64,000 nucleotides of DNA, from the NCBI GenBank assembly GCA_963817525.1, contig CAWFOU010000007.1, forward strand, positions 736,001 through 800,000, read 5' to 3'. Numbering within the stretch: position 1 is the stretch's first letter; the number at the start of each line of letters is the position of its first letter. The DNA is from an uncultured archaeon (GTDB lineage: Archaea; Thermoproteota; Nitrososphaeria; Nitrososphaerales; Gagatemarchaeaceae). Below, one piece after another: positions 1 through 8,348 of this stretch. Under the pieces are notes generated by a model. That model had not been told where the DNA came from and searched no databases. It worked only from the letters and a program-made list of their open reading frames with translations. Both the position numbers and the translations under genes were made by a program.

Positions 1-364
1 ACTCATATCTCTGAATCATCCCGTTCTTGTTCTTCCTGACTCCATGCTTGATTATGTTCTCTGAGCCGCACTCAAGGCACGATTGGAAGTCGAGTGGCAC
101 GACTCGCGTCGAGTTCTCTATCCGTCGCCTAAGCTCTAACGAGAGTTCGACCGCGAAGATGTGCTTGCACTTGATTACGCGAGTGAGTGCGTCCGGGCAA
201 GAGCAGAACCAGCCCGCCTCAGTAGAGATGATTTGGTATTCCCCATGACCGGATTGCGACTTGACGCGGTATTCCGTCTCGTCTATCCTCCGGACGTTCG
301 CCTCCACCTGTGCGATTGCTTGGCCTCTCACTTTTCGCGCCTCAAGTTCTTGGACGGTTGCCAT
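1..364 (-). mobile_element. SWIM zinc finger + zinc-ribbon protein, N-terminal part of an archaeal DDE-type transposase/integrase (runs off window edge)
   Basis: Not in the ORF track. Manual translation from ATG 364: MATVQELEARKVRGQAIAQ...YRVKSQSGHGEY...WFCSCPDALTRVIKCKHIFAVE (SWIM CxCx(n)CxH)...CLECGSENIIKHGVRKNKNGMIQRY (IS1-like Zn ribbon), open to position 1. Confidence 0.75.
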
Positions 365-375
365 GTGCTTAACGC

Positions 376-427
376 TATCAATAGGTATCTATCCATACCC
401 TTATAAGGATATCTATTGATACCTAAT
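376..427. promoter_or_regulatory. Divergent promoter with palindromic TATA and inverted-repeat operator
   Basis: CCTTATAAGG perfect palindrome (399-408), flanked by TATCAATAGGTATC (376-389) and GATATCTATTGATA (408-421), an inverted repeat with one mismatch; lies between the transposase and RHH starts. Confidence 0.6.
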
Positions 428-440
428 GATGGTGAATGAA

Positions 441-578
441 TTGGCGCAGAAGCGGTATATGCTAACCATGACCGAAGAAATGGAGAGGAAGCTAGAGGCA
501 GAGCGGAAGCGACGCCTTTTGGATTCGATTCCCGAAACGGTGAGGATGATTCTTTCGGAAGCTCTTGCGAAGTCCTAG
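441..578 (+). CDS. Small ribbon-helix-helix (CopG-like) DNA-binding protein, 45 aa
   Basis: TTG start preceded by GGTGA (431-435); MAQKRYMLTMTEEMERKLEAERKRRLLDSIPETVRMILSEALAKS has an alternating beta strand followed by two helices. Confidence 0.6.
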   Translation: MAQKRYMLTMTEEMERKLEAERKRRLLDSIPETVRMILSEALAKS

Positions 579-750
579 ACCTTCTCCATTTGCGCCACTC
601 GACAACGAAGGTCTTGGTCAAGCGACCATAACCATCAATGAAGAAGACTATTGCGAAGAGCAACAAGGAGGCTCCGACCGTGATGAGGAAGACATAGTTC
701 AGGTCTTGATAGTAAGCTGGATAATGGTGGACTGCGGCTTGAGTCTTGAA

Positions 751-1089
751 CTATATCGAAGTAGCCTGAACTGCGCCCTCAAAGACTAGACAAATCAATG
801 AAAGAATGAATTCAAGATAGCCAAGGATGGCATGACCGGCAACCTTGGCAGGAGGCAAGTCCTCCCCTCTCTCGTATAGGATGGTGCCGCCAAGAGTCGC
901 CAATCCCAAGGCGAAAATAAACCCCCACCGGATAAATAAGGGACCCGGAGCAAGCTCAGCTACCGCCGCAATCGCGAAGTAGAACGTCCCTATTCCGAGT
1001 CTACTAATCTTACGTTTTACCAACTGCCCGATTACCACAAGTGCCCCCAATGTAATAAACAGAAGACTCGGCGCCGAAAGAGCCGACAC
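751..1089 (-). CDS. Hypothetical multi-pass membrane protein (frame continues past an in-frame TAG; possible pseudogene)
   Basis: About four hydrophobic segments; the frame continues after TAG 751-753 into a further TM segment (the 328..666 ORF is in the same frame). Confidence 0.5.
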   Translation of the reverse strand: MSALSAPSLLFITLGALVVIGQLVKRKISRLGIGTFYFAIAAVAELAPGPLFIRWGFIFALGLATLGGTILYERGEDLPPAKVAGHAILGYLEFILSLICLVFEGAVQATSI

Positions 1090-1228
1090 TTAACAGCCCT
1101 TCTCGCGAGCCGTAGTTTGAACAGAACCCGGATTTCGGGGCTGATACCTCTTCGGGTCACGTGAACGGGCGTTACCTTTCGGGTCATTGAGTCTATCTAC
1201 TTCGTCGGATTGACTACTGGTCGCGAAG

Positions 1229-1462
1229 TCATGGAATTGGCCTGGCTGCGGCCCACCTCTTGTAGCGCCCATACAACGGAATAACCCACCGAAAAAACAA
1301 GACGTAGTTGGCCACGAATAGAACCCAGACAAGGATAATGATTCCAAACCCATTCATCGAAGGAAAGAGCACGTATGGAATGAGGAGTTCGAAGACGGTG
1401 GCGATAAAAGAGAAGATAGCACCACCTATTACAGCCAACACCCTCCTAAGAATTGTTGTCAT
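1229..1462 (-). CDS. Small two-TM membrane protein
   Basis: MTTILRRVLAVIGGAIFSFIATVFELLIPY...; start overlaps the end of the transposase remnant. Confidence 0.5.
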   Translation of the reverse strand: MTTILRRVLAVIGGAIFSFIATVFELLIPYVLFPSMNGFGIIILVWVLFVANYVLFFRWVIPLYGRYKRWAAARPIP

Positions 1463-1694
1463 GCGGGCCCCGTTCGCCGCTCTCGGTGTTGTGACTGGCA
1501 TTTTGGATTATCGTTAGCCACTTGTTCTCGCCTTCAACTTTGATTCCTGCGGCCTCTGCCGGGGTCTTCCCTTCAAGGCCCATGTGGGGCCTCACGTAGT
1601 CGTGGAACACTTGCATTCCCTTGGGGACCGGTGAACGCTCCCGCTTTAGTGGCCGCATCCACCTTCTCCCGGTCTCTCAGCTCTCGGTCGAACG
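1446..1694 (-). pseudogene. C-terminal remnant of a DDE transposase/integrase
   Basis: FDRELRDREKV/(+1 frameshift)/MRPLK...FHDYVRPHMGLEGKTPAEAAGIKVEGENKWLTIIQNA, an rve-like C-terminus (RPH...GKTPAE). Confidence 0.75.
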
Positions 1695-1695
1695 A

Positions 1696-1980
1696 TTACA
1701 CGGATTTCGCTCCGTCTTCGTAGTCGTGCTGCCTGCCCGACCTCCAAATGAAAAGCGAGACGAGGTACAACGCGACCACAGCCACGGTGATCACCAGGCC
1801 TACCTCGGCGAGCATGCCTGAGTTGGGGCCGCTTCCAAAGACTATCGGGAACGGCCCGATCAGGATGAACCCTCCGGTCGAGCTCGACCCGCCAGACCCC
1901 TGGGACGCCCCCACGGCCAAAACCACAAAGCCCACAAAGACTATGCCGATACCCAGCAGGGACAGCCTCGCTGGATTCAC
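1696..1980 (-). CDS. DUF131 family membrane protein
   Basis: GGFILIGPFPIVFGS motif; GTG start overlaps the upstream TGA (GTGA). Confidence 0.8.
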   Translation of the reverse strand: MNPARLSLLGIGIVFVGFVVLAVGASQGSGGSSSTGGFILIGPFPIVFGSGPNSGMLAEVGLVITVAVVALYLVSLFIWRSGRQHDYEDGAKSV

Positions 1981-2231
1981 AGGCCGACCAACACCCACGA
2001 CAGGAGGGCTATCACGACCAGCACTATGGCGAGGGCTATCGCGATGCTGGCCCACTTCGCGTCAGACCCGAAGACGATGGGAATCGGGCCGATCAATATC
2101 ACGCCCCCTCCCTTCACCTCCGTCCGCCTCTCGCCCTCCTCCGACGGCTTGCCCGACGCGACAGTCGCCACGAGGACGACCAGGAACCCTACGAAGATTA
2201 TCCCTATCCCTATGAGGACGAGGTCCTGCAT
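1977..2231 (-). CDS. DUF131 family membrane protein
   Basis: EVKGGGVILIGPIPIVFGSD motif between two TM helices. Confidence 0.85.
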   Translation of the reverse strand: MQDLVLIGIGIIFVGFLVVLVATVASGKPSEEGERRTEVKGGGVILIGPIPIVFGSDAKWASIAIALAIVLVVIALLSWVLVGL

Positions 2232-2291
2232 CCAAGGCTTTTCACCGGCGGTTTCTTATATAACATCAGGCGCTCTTTCATCCAGGCACGA

Positions 2292-2459
2292 TTGTCGGAA
2301 TACAGGTATTGCGAGAAGTGCATGATGCGGACGGAGCACGAGGCCGTCGTCGACGGCCGAGACTACAACCCGAGGGGGAGGGGCCTCTACAAGTGCAAAA
2401 AGTGCGGCAGGGTCAAGTCCATGCGGCACCTCCGCCCGAGCTCCGAAATCGGCTACTGA
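2292..2459 (+). CDS. Small CxxC...CxxC zinc-ribbon protein, 55 aa
   Basis: Not in the ORF track. MSEYRYCEKCMMRTEHEAVVDGRDYNPRGRGLYKCKKCGRVKSMRHLRPSSEIGY; TATA-like TTATATAA about 30 nt upstream. Confidence 0.65.
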   Translation: MSEYRYCEKCMMRTEHEAVVDGRDYNPRGRGLYKCKKCGRVKSMRHLRPSSEIGY

Positions 2460-2467
2460 CCACCGGC

Positions 2468-3517
2468 TCAGGCGTACTCTGACCTGTCGACCACGTTCTT
2501 TGGCGGCGAGCCCCTGAAGTACCTTGTCAGATTCTCGACGACCCCCTTCCCGACCCGTCCCGTGATTATGGCGCTCGGCCCCGACGCGTGCGGGGTCCCG
2601 ATGAAGTTCTCGAGCTCCAAGAACGGCAGGTCCGGGGCGAACGTCTCGACGCCTTCCTTGTCGGGCCACCAGACGTCGGTCGCGTAAGCGAACCCGGGAT
2701 TCCTCACCAAGCGGTCGTAGATCGCCTCTTTCTGGACGACGCTGCCCCTCGCGACGTTCACGAGCATCCCGTCGGGCTTCATCGCCGCGAGCTCCTCCCT
2801 GCCTATCATGCCCTTGGTGACCTTCGTGAGAGGCACAGCCAAGACCACTACGTCCGATTCGCGCAGGAGCCTCATGAGACCAGACCTTCCCCTTACCCGC
2901 TCGACCCCCCGGTCGTGGATAGGATGCCTCCCGAACGCAAGGACCTTCATCCCGAAGGGCTTGGCCAACCTCGCGGTCGACCTTCCTATGCCCCCGTACC
3001 CCACTATCCCGATGGTCTTCTCCTTGAAGAAGGCCACCTGTCTCCCCAGCTCGTCCAGTTTCTGGTGCGTGTAGAGCCCCGCCCTCAGCTGGCGGTCGAA
3101 CTTCACGATGCTCTTCCCAGCCGCGAGCATAAGCCCGATGACGAACTCTCCCACCTCGTCGGAGTAGCTCCCCGCGTTGCTACAAACGACCACCCTCTTG
3201 TCGAGCAGGTCGAAGCGGACGCCGTTCACGCCCGCGTTCCCGGCTTGGTAGAAGCGCAGGCCCCCCATCGTCGACACCTTCGCCGCGTCTAGGTGCTTCG
3301 GCCAACCGTGGGAATAGAGTGCGTCTATCTGCGGCAGCACCCGCGCCTGCTCCACCTCGTCCATTTCGGAGAGCCAATAGATGTCGGCGTAGCGCTTTAG
3401 CGGCTCGAACTCCTCCCTGCGGTTCGCGGTCTGCGCCACCAGGAGCTTGTGGCGGGTCTTCCCCATCTGGAACCCTTCTTGCGCAACATATTCAAACGAT
3501 TCGTCGAGGGATCTCAT
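2468..3517 (-). CDS. D-isomer-specific 2-hydroxyacid dehydrogenase
   Basis: GIVGYGGIG Rossmann motif, LVNVARG, DVWW, TPH. Confidence 0.9.
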   Translation of the reverse strand: MRSLDESFEYVAQEGFQMGKTRHKLLVAQTANRREEFEPLKRYADIYWLSEMDEVEQARVLPQIDALYSHGWPKHLDAAKVSTMGGLRFYQAGNAGVNGVRFDLLDKRVVVCSNAGSYSDEVGEFVIGLMLAAGKSIVKFDRQLRAGLYTHQKLDELGRQVAFFKEKTIGIVGYGGIGRSTARLAKPFGMKVLAFGRHPIHDRGVERVRGRSGLMRLLRESDVVVLAVPLTKVTKGMIGREELAAMKPDGMLVNVARGSVVQKEAIYDRLVRNPGFAYATDVWWPDKEGVETFAPDLPFLELENFIGTPHASGPSAIITGRVGKGVVENLTRYFRGSPPKNVVDRSEYA

Positions 3518-3870
3518 CGCTCGCCCTGGGGGCCGCCATCGGATTCCTCGTCCTCCTCCCGTATGGAGACCTCGTCCGGCTCGATGCCCAGGGCCTTCAG
3601 CTCCTCCTCCGCGTCCCTAAGAGTGACTGACTTGTAGAACTCGACGTCGTAGAGCAGGCCGTAGCCCTCCCACCCTCTCTCGACCAGCCTCTTTCCGAGC
3701 TCCGCCGCCCGCGCGAGCCTCCGGCCGAGCTGCTGGCCGCATGAGGCTATCGCCTCAAGGAGCTCAAGGTCGACTGGGGAGCCCTCGAGCCCGTCTATCT
3801 CCCAAGCCGGCTTGCCGAACAGGAAGACCGAGACGGTGACGAGGGGCTTGTCCCGGGTGGGCTCGCTCAT
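3514..3870 (-). CDS. Hypothetical acidic protein
   Basis: Host-like codon usage; ATGA overlap with the downstream dehydrogenase. Confidence 0.65.
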   Translation of the reverse strand: MSEPTRDKPLVTVSVFLFGKPAWEIDGLEGSPVDLELLEAIASCGQQLGRRLARAAELGKRLVERGWEGYGLLYDVEFYKSVTLRDAEEELKALGIEPDEVSIREEDEESDGGPQGER

Positions 3871-3913
3871 CGACCAAAAGTTCGGCATTCGTAATTAAGC
3901 GTCGATGAAAAAG

Positions 3914-4354
3914 TCAGACTTTCTTCCTCCTCGGACGCGAATTCCCATCTCTATCCTCGAGCCTTCTTACAAACTTCGGCGCGGACCACTTTTCGTCTAC
4001 CGCGCAGACCTTCACGTCGACCAGGCCAATCTTCAGGCCGACCTCCCTCACCACCACGTCGCTCAGATTCGTCTCCACTCTCGAAGAGGCCTTCGGCCAC
4101 GACACCCAGATCATCCCGCCCTGCTTGATTCTTGCCTTCAACGCGGGCAGTTTTCTCTCCAGGCTCGCCCTCTCGGTCACGAAGAGCTGGACGAAGTCGA
4201 GCTCCCCTCTGGCTCCTCGAGCGACGGTTACGCCGTCCGGAAGCCTCCCAAGGAGGCTCGAATATCCGGCGGGGGCGTTCAAGAACGCGAGCGAGCACCC
4301 GTCCTTGATTCCCAGCTTCTGCGCTAGCGGTTTTCTAGAATACCCCACAGGCAT
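3914..4354 (-). CDS. DUF3052 family protein
   Basis: GYS..PLAQKLGIK, WVSWPKASS, GLVDVKVCAVDEKWSA motifs. Confidence 0.85.
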   Translation of the reverse strand: MPVGYSRKPLAQKLGIKDGCSLAFLNAPAGYSSLLGRLPDGVTVARGARGELDFVQLFVTERASLERKLPALKARIKQGGMIWVSWPKASSRVETNLSDVVVREVGLKIGLVDVKVCAVDEKWSAPKFVRRLEDRDGNSRPRRKKV

Positions 4355-4554
4355 CTAGAGCCGGATTCCCGGGCTTTTCGTATTTAACAGTCGAACTGTC
4401 GCCGCCGCGTCGCCCTAATGGCCGAGGATGGCCAGACAGATGCCAAATCTAGTTCCTTCTTCCACACGGATTCCACAATCCTGAGGGGAAGACGTCTATT
4501 CTTCGGCTGGAATCCAGAAGTAGAACGCGCCCCCTCGTCTCTGATGTCAGAAAC

Positions 4555-4773
4555 ATGACACACGCACAAAGCGCGGCAGACGACGGCCTGGGCGGAAGGA
4601 AGACGTACTCGGTCAACGTACAGGTGAAGGCGCAGTCCAGCACTAGCTGCTCGTTCTGCTACTTCGTGCTCACGCTCTATCCAACGCTGAAGGGAATGAC
4701 GGATAGGGACATTGCGACCTTCAAGTCGCACCTTCAAACTGCGCACGGTCTCAGGGACGAAATCCAGGCTTGA
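4555..4773 (+). CDS. Small C2H2-like zinc-binding protein
   Basis: CSFC...HLQTAHG spacing. Confidence 0.55.
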   Translation: MTHAQSAADDGLGGRKTYSVNVQVKAQSSTSCSFCYFVLTLYPTLKGMTDRDIATFKSHLQTAHGLRDEIQA

Positions 4774-4844
4774 CAGGCTGCGCGCTCCATTCACCATGTT
4801 TTCCAATTGAACTTGAAGACCTGATATTCTGAATTGAGGTTAAG

Positions 4845-4875
4845 TGCGGTCGCAGCAAGTTGAACTTTAAGTTCA
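4845..4875. repeat. att-like degenerate copy of the tRNA-Gly 3' end fused to a palindrome
   Basis: TGCGGTCGCAGCAAGTTGAAC (4845-4865) vs TGCGGTCGCAGGGATTTGAAC (7107-7127): first 11 nt identical, 18/21 overall; TGAACTT-T-AAGTTCA palindrome at 4861-4875. Confidence 0.6.
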
Positions 4876-5075
4876 GATTACACGCAGTCCTCAAGGAAAC
4901 ATTCAACCTCAGGGACGGGCGAGGAGAAGTTCATCGTCGATTCGGAGATAGGTCAAGGAATTTTGATGGCGAAGGAAGGGCGCATCCCTTCTAAAACTTT
5001 CCCTGCGACGAAGAGAGGAGATTGTTCACCACGAAACCGAAAGAAGTCGCCGCTTGACTCCCCCATGACTACCTG

Positions 5076-6527
5076 CTATGTCGGAATCTCACCGGCCCCA
5101 CCTGCCCTAAGCCGGCCTGCTGGATTGCCTTTGAGGAGCGAAGCCGTCACCACTCCCAGGCCAGCGAAGACAGCCGCAGCCAGAAAGGCGTACCTCATCC
5201 CAGAGATGATCTCGCTACTCGGCGCCGAGACTCCCATGCCGAATGTCACCAGTCCAATCACGTAGACCGATAGGGCGAGCCCGACCGGGCTCCCGACCTG
5301 TCTGGCGGTGTTGATGAGGCCCGATGCGATTCCTTCCTCCCCTGGCTTCGCCGCCGAGAGCGCAAGGATGTTCGAAGCAGTCGCTGCGAGCGACCCGCCT
5401 ATGACACACACGAGCTGGGCGGGCAGGATGAAGGCCAGGTAGCTGGAGGTCAGCGAGAGTCGGCTGAAGAGGAGCATGCCGACCGTTAGGAATGCCATTG
5501 CGCCCACCAAGACGCGCCTCGCGCCGATGCGCCTCACCAGCCTTGGCGCGGCGAACCCCCCGAGGAAGAGGTAGGTCAATGATCCTGGTAGGAGCGCGGC
5601 CGCCGCTATGAGAGGGGAGTAGGAACGCAACACCTGCAGATAGGTCGTCTGCAGAAAGATCACGAAAATGAACGCGCCGAACGCTAGCAGTGCCGTCGAG
5701 TTGGCGAAGAAAATCGCCCTCCGCCGCAGAAACCCGAGCGGCATGAGTGGCGCGGGGGAGAGGTGCTCTATGGCGACAAATAAAGCCAGGACCGCGGCTG
5801 AAAGCAGGAGGACCGCGTAGGTTAGATTGGAGGGGTCCCCATTGCCGACGTTTGTGAGGCCATAGACAAGGAGCATTAGCCCAGTTGTCACCGACACGGC
5901 GCCCGGCAGGTCGAGATGACCGTGTTCGCTCCGAGGTCCGGCTGGGTCGGGGAGGAACTTGATCGCGAGGGCCGACACAACTATCCCGATAGGGACGTTC
6001 ACGAAGAAGATCCACCTCCAGCCGAGCGCCTCAGTCAGGACGCCTCCCATGACGACACCTGCCGAGAATCCCGAGGCCGAGACCGCCGTGAACACTCCCA
6101 GGACCTGGGTCAGCCTACCGAGCGGCCCGAAGGTCCTTACTATCATTGAGAGGCCCGTCGCCGAAGCGAGGGCCGCTCCTATCCCCTGCACCATCCTTGC
6201 TGCTATCAGGACAAGCTCCGAGGGGGCAAGCCCCGCAGCGAGGGATGATAGCGAAAAGACCACAAGCCCTATCATGAAGAGCACCTTGCGTCCGTAGATG
6301 TCAGAGGCGCGGCCGCTGAACAGGAGAAATCCCGCGAATGTCAGTCCATAGGCACTGACTATCCACTGGAGGTCTGGCAGAGACATGCTGAGGTCAGTCC
6401 GGATCGTGGGCAGCGCTATCTGCACAATGGAAAAGTCGAGGACGACCACGAACTGCGCGGTCACCAGAATGCCAAGTATCAAACCTAGCCTGCGAGGGGG
6501 ACTTGGGTTCAAGTTACCTGCGGACAA
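5076..6527 (-). CDS. MFS drug-efflux transporter, DHA2 (EmrB/QacA) family
   Basis: LDFSIVQIALPTI, WIVSAYGL, GRASDIYGRK, WRWIFFVNVPIG motifs; about 14 TMs. Confidence 0.9.
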   Translation of the reverse strand: MSAGNLNPSPPRRLGLILGILVTAQFVVVLDFSIVQIALPTIRTDLSMSLPDLQWIVSAYGLTFAGFLLFSGRASDIYGRKVLFMIGLVVFSLSSLAAGLAPSELVLIAARMVQGIGAALASATGLSMIVRTFGPLGRLTQVLGVFTAVSASGFSAGVVMGGVLTEALGWRWIFFVNVPIGIVVSALAIKFLPDPAGPRSEHGHLDLPGAVSVTTGLMLLVYGLTNVGNGDPSNLTYAVLLLSAAVLALFVAIEHLSPAPLMPLGFLRRRAIFFANSTALLAFGAFIFVIFLQTTYLQVLRSYSPLIAAAALLPGSLTYLFLGGFAAPRLVRRIGARRVLVGAMAFLTVGMLLFSRLSLTSSYLAFILPAQLVCVIGGSLAATASNILALSAAKPGEEGIASGLINTARQVGSPVGLALSVYVIGLVTFGMGVSAPSSEIISGMRYAFLAAAVFAGLGVVTASLLKGNPAGRLRAGGAGEIPT

Positions 6528-6546
6528 AGCTGAACACCGACTGTAG

Positions 6547-6569
6547 CTATACTTAGTATAGTTTATAAA
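6547..6569. promoter_or_regulatory. Operator palindrome and bidirectional TATA between the MFS and HxlR genes
   Basis: CTATACT-T-AGTATAG (6547-6561) followed by TTTATAAA (6562-6569). Confidence 0.6.
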
Positions 6570-6592
6570 TAGGTAAGGGGGTGAAAGGATAG

Positions 6593-7051
6593 TTGCAATA
6601 CATCAAAGGCGAAGAGGAATACGAAGCTAACGACGGCGCCTTGCTGCCTTCTGTGAGTTTCGCCAAATGCCCGATCAAGATTTCCGCAGGGCTCCTCGGG
6701 AAGAAGTGGACGATGGTGATAATCCGGAATATCGGCTTCCGCAAGATTCAGAGGTTCAACCGCCTCCTCGAGGCAACTCCGGGAATCACCCCCCGAGTGC
6801 TTTCGCAACGCCTCAAGGAGCTGGAACAGGAAGGCTATATTGAAGTCGTCGAGAGAAGGTCGCCGATGTTGGTCAGGTGGGCCCTCACGGAAAAGGGCGA
6901 GGACACCCTTCCCATACTCATGAGCTTCATCGCTTTCGGCTCAAAGTGGTATGCCGACGAGGTGTTCGACGACAAGACCCCGAGGACTCTGAGCCAACTC
7001 TACAATAGCCCTCGGGCAAAAGATATCATCGAGAGGTTTGTGACGAAATAG
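6593..7051 (+). CDS. HxlR/DUF24 family winged-helix regulator
   Basis: CPIK...LLGKKWTMVIIR...RFNRL...PGITPRVLSQRLKELE...LTEKG; N-terminal Cys typical of redox-sensing members. Confidence 0.9.
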   Translation: MQYIKGEEEYEANDGALLPSVSFAKCPIKISAGLLGKKWTMVIIRNIGFRKIQRFNRLLEATPGITPRVLSQRLKELEQEGYIEVVERRSPMLVRWALTEKGEDTLPILMSFIAFGSKWYADEVFDDKTPRTLSQLYNSPRAKDIIERFVTK

Positions 7052-7106
7052 AAGCGGGTGCGACCCAATGCGAGGATAGCGCAGTCCCCAGTTGAATCGA
7101 AAGGTA

Positions 7107-7225
7107 TGCGGTCGCAGGGATTTGAACCCTGGTTGCCAGCTTGGAGGGCTGAAGTCCTAGACCAGACTTTCCACATGCAGTTGATATGCTGAACGCATAC
7201 CCAACATGTTCTGGACGACGACCGC
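7107..7225 (-). tRNA. tRNA-Gly(TCC) with 44-nt D-loop intron (7167-7210, position 15/16)
   Basis: Acceptor GCGGTCG/CGACCGC, anticodon arm TCAGC-CCTCCAA-GCTGG, T arm CAGGG-TTCAAAT-CCCTG; removing the relaxed-BHB intron gives a 75-nt cloverleaf. Confidence 0.9.
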
Positions 7226-7255
7226 GCGAGCACCAGCCCCGATTATCCCTCCTTT

Positions 7256-7927
7256 TTACCGTTGGTCTTTGGCCGCCTTCTCGACCTCGTAAACTACCCG
7301 GGCCGCCACGACGTGGGCGTCCAGCGCTCTCTCGTCGATCCTCGCGAGAGTGTCGAATGCCCTGAGGTCCTTCGTGAGGAAGTGCCCGCGGGGAAAGCCC
7401 CCTACCACCACCGCCGGGTTCTTCTTTCGGGCCAGGTCCCCAGCCAACACCTCTATGCGCACGGGGGCGCCCTGGACGGAGAGGCCGGCCGAGTAGTCTG
7501 TCCCGACGCTCTTCAAAAGCTGGGGTAAGGTCGCGTCCCTCACCTTGACCAGGCCTTCGTCGGGCCTCTCCACCAACAGCTTCTCCATCAGGTTCCTGAA
7601 TCTCGCGTAGCTCTTGGGCGGGCGCGCCCCTTCCGCGAACTCGAGGACCGAGTCGTCGATGGTGTGGATGTAGACCCTGGCCTTCCCTTCCTGGTGTAGG
7701 GGGGTGCTGGTAACGCTCAGAAGCGTAAGGTGGACGAGGTCGGGCCTGCCCCTCCTATAGTCGTCGCTGAGCTTGAGCATCGCGGAGTGGTGGACGCTCC
7801 TGTCGAGGAGGATGCTCCCGGGCTCCAGGTCGCGCCTCTCTGAATCGCTCCGGACCGGCGGCTCGCGCCAGACCTCCTCCGGGATGAGCTCGAGGGCGGC
7901 CTCCGCGATCACAAAATGGAGCTTCAA
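7256..7927 (-). CDS. nep1: 16S rRNA pseudouridine N1-methyltransferase Nep1/EMG1
   Basis: LLDRSVHH, RGRPDLVH, RPPKSYARFRNLMEKL, VVGGFPRGHF. Confidence 0.9.
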   Translation of the reverse strand: MKLHFVIAEAALELIPEEVWREPPVRSDSERRDLEPGSILLDRSVHHSAMLKLSDDYRRGRPDLVHLTLLSVTSTPLHQEGKARVYIHTIDDSVLEFAEGARPPKSYARFRNLMEKLLVERPDEGLVKVRDATLPQLLKSVGTDYSAGLSVQGAPVRIEVLAGDLARKKNPAVVVGGFPRGHFLTKDLRAFDTLARIDERALDAHVVAARVVYEVEKAAKDQR

Positions 7928-7966
7928 GGCGGTCCAGCAAGACTTTTCGACTCGCGATTAATTAGT

Positions 7967-8296
7967 TTGCGCGAGGGGTCGAAAGAGACGCCACCGATAA
8001 AGAGGAAGGAGACGAAGAGGCAGGCGACCGTCGCCGCCAAGGCCCTGCTCGACCTCTCCACCGCGACCGCGCGCGACGACCTCGTCCTCGCGAAGCAGCA
8101 GGCCGCCCTGGCGAGGAAGCTGATGCTGAAGTACAACATCAGGTTCGGCTGGGACCTCAAGAGGTTCTACTGCCATGGCTGCAAGGAGCTCATGGTCCCC
8201 GGGGTGAACGCGAGGGTGAGGCTCACGGGGGGGATGGTCCTGACGACGTGCGCGAATTGCGGGCACGTCAACAGAAAATCCCTGGGGCAGGCTTAA
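7967..8296 (+). CDS. rnp4: RNase P protein Rpp21/Rpr2 (start uncertain)
   Basis: KRFYCHGC...PGVNARVRL...CANCG; conserved position before rps19e. Confidence 0.85.
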   Translation: MREGSKETPPIKRKETKRQATVAAKALLDLSTATARDDLVLAKQQAALARKLMLKYNIRFGWDLKRFYCHGCKELMVPGVNARVRLTGGMVLTTCANCGHVNRKSLGQA

Positions 8297-8348
8297 ATAT
8301 TCAAAGGGGAGGGCTGGTCAATCCACTAACCCGGAGCAAAGAGAGCGA

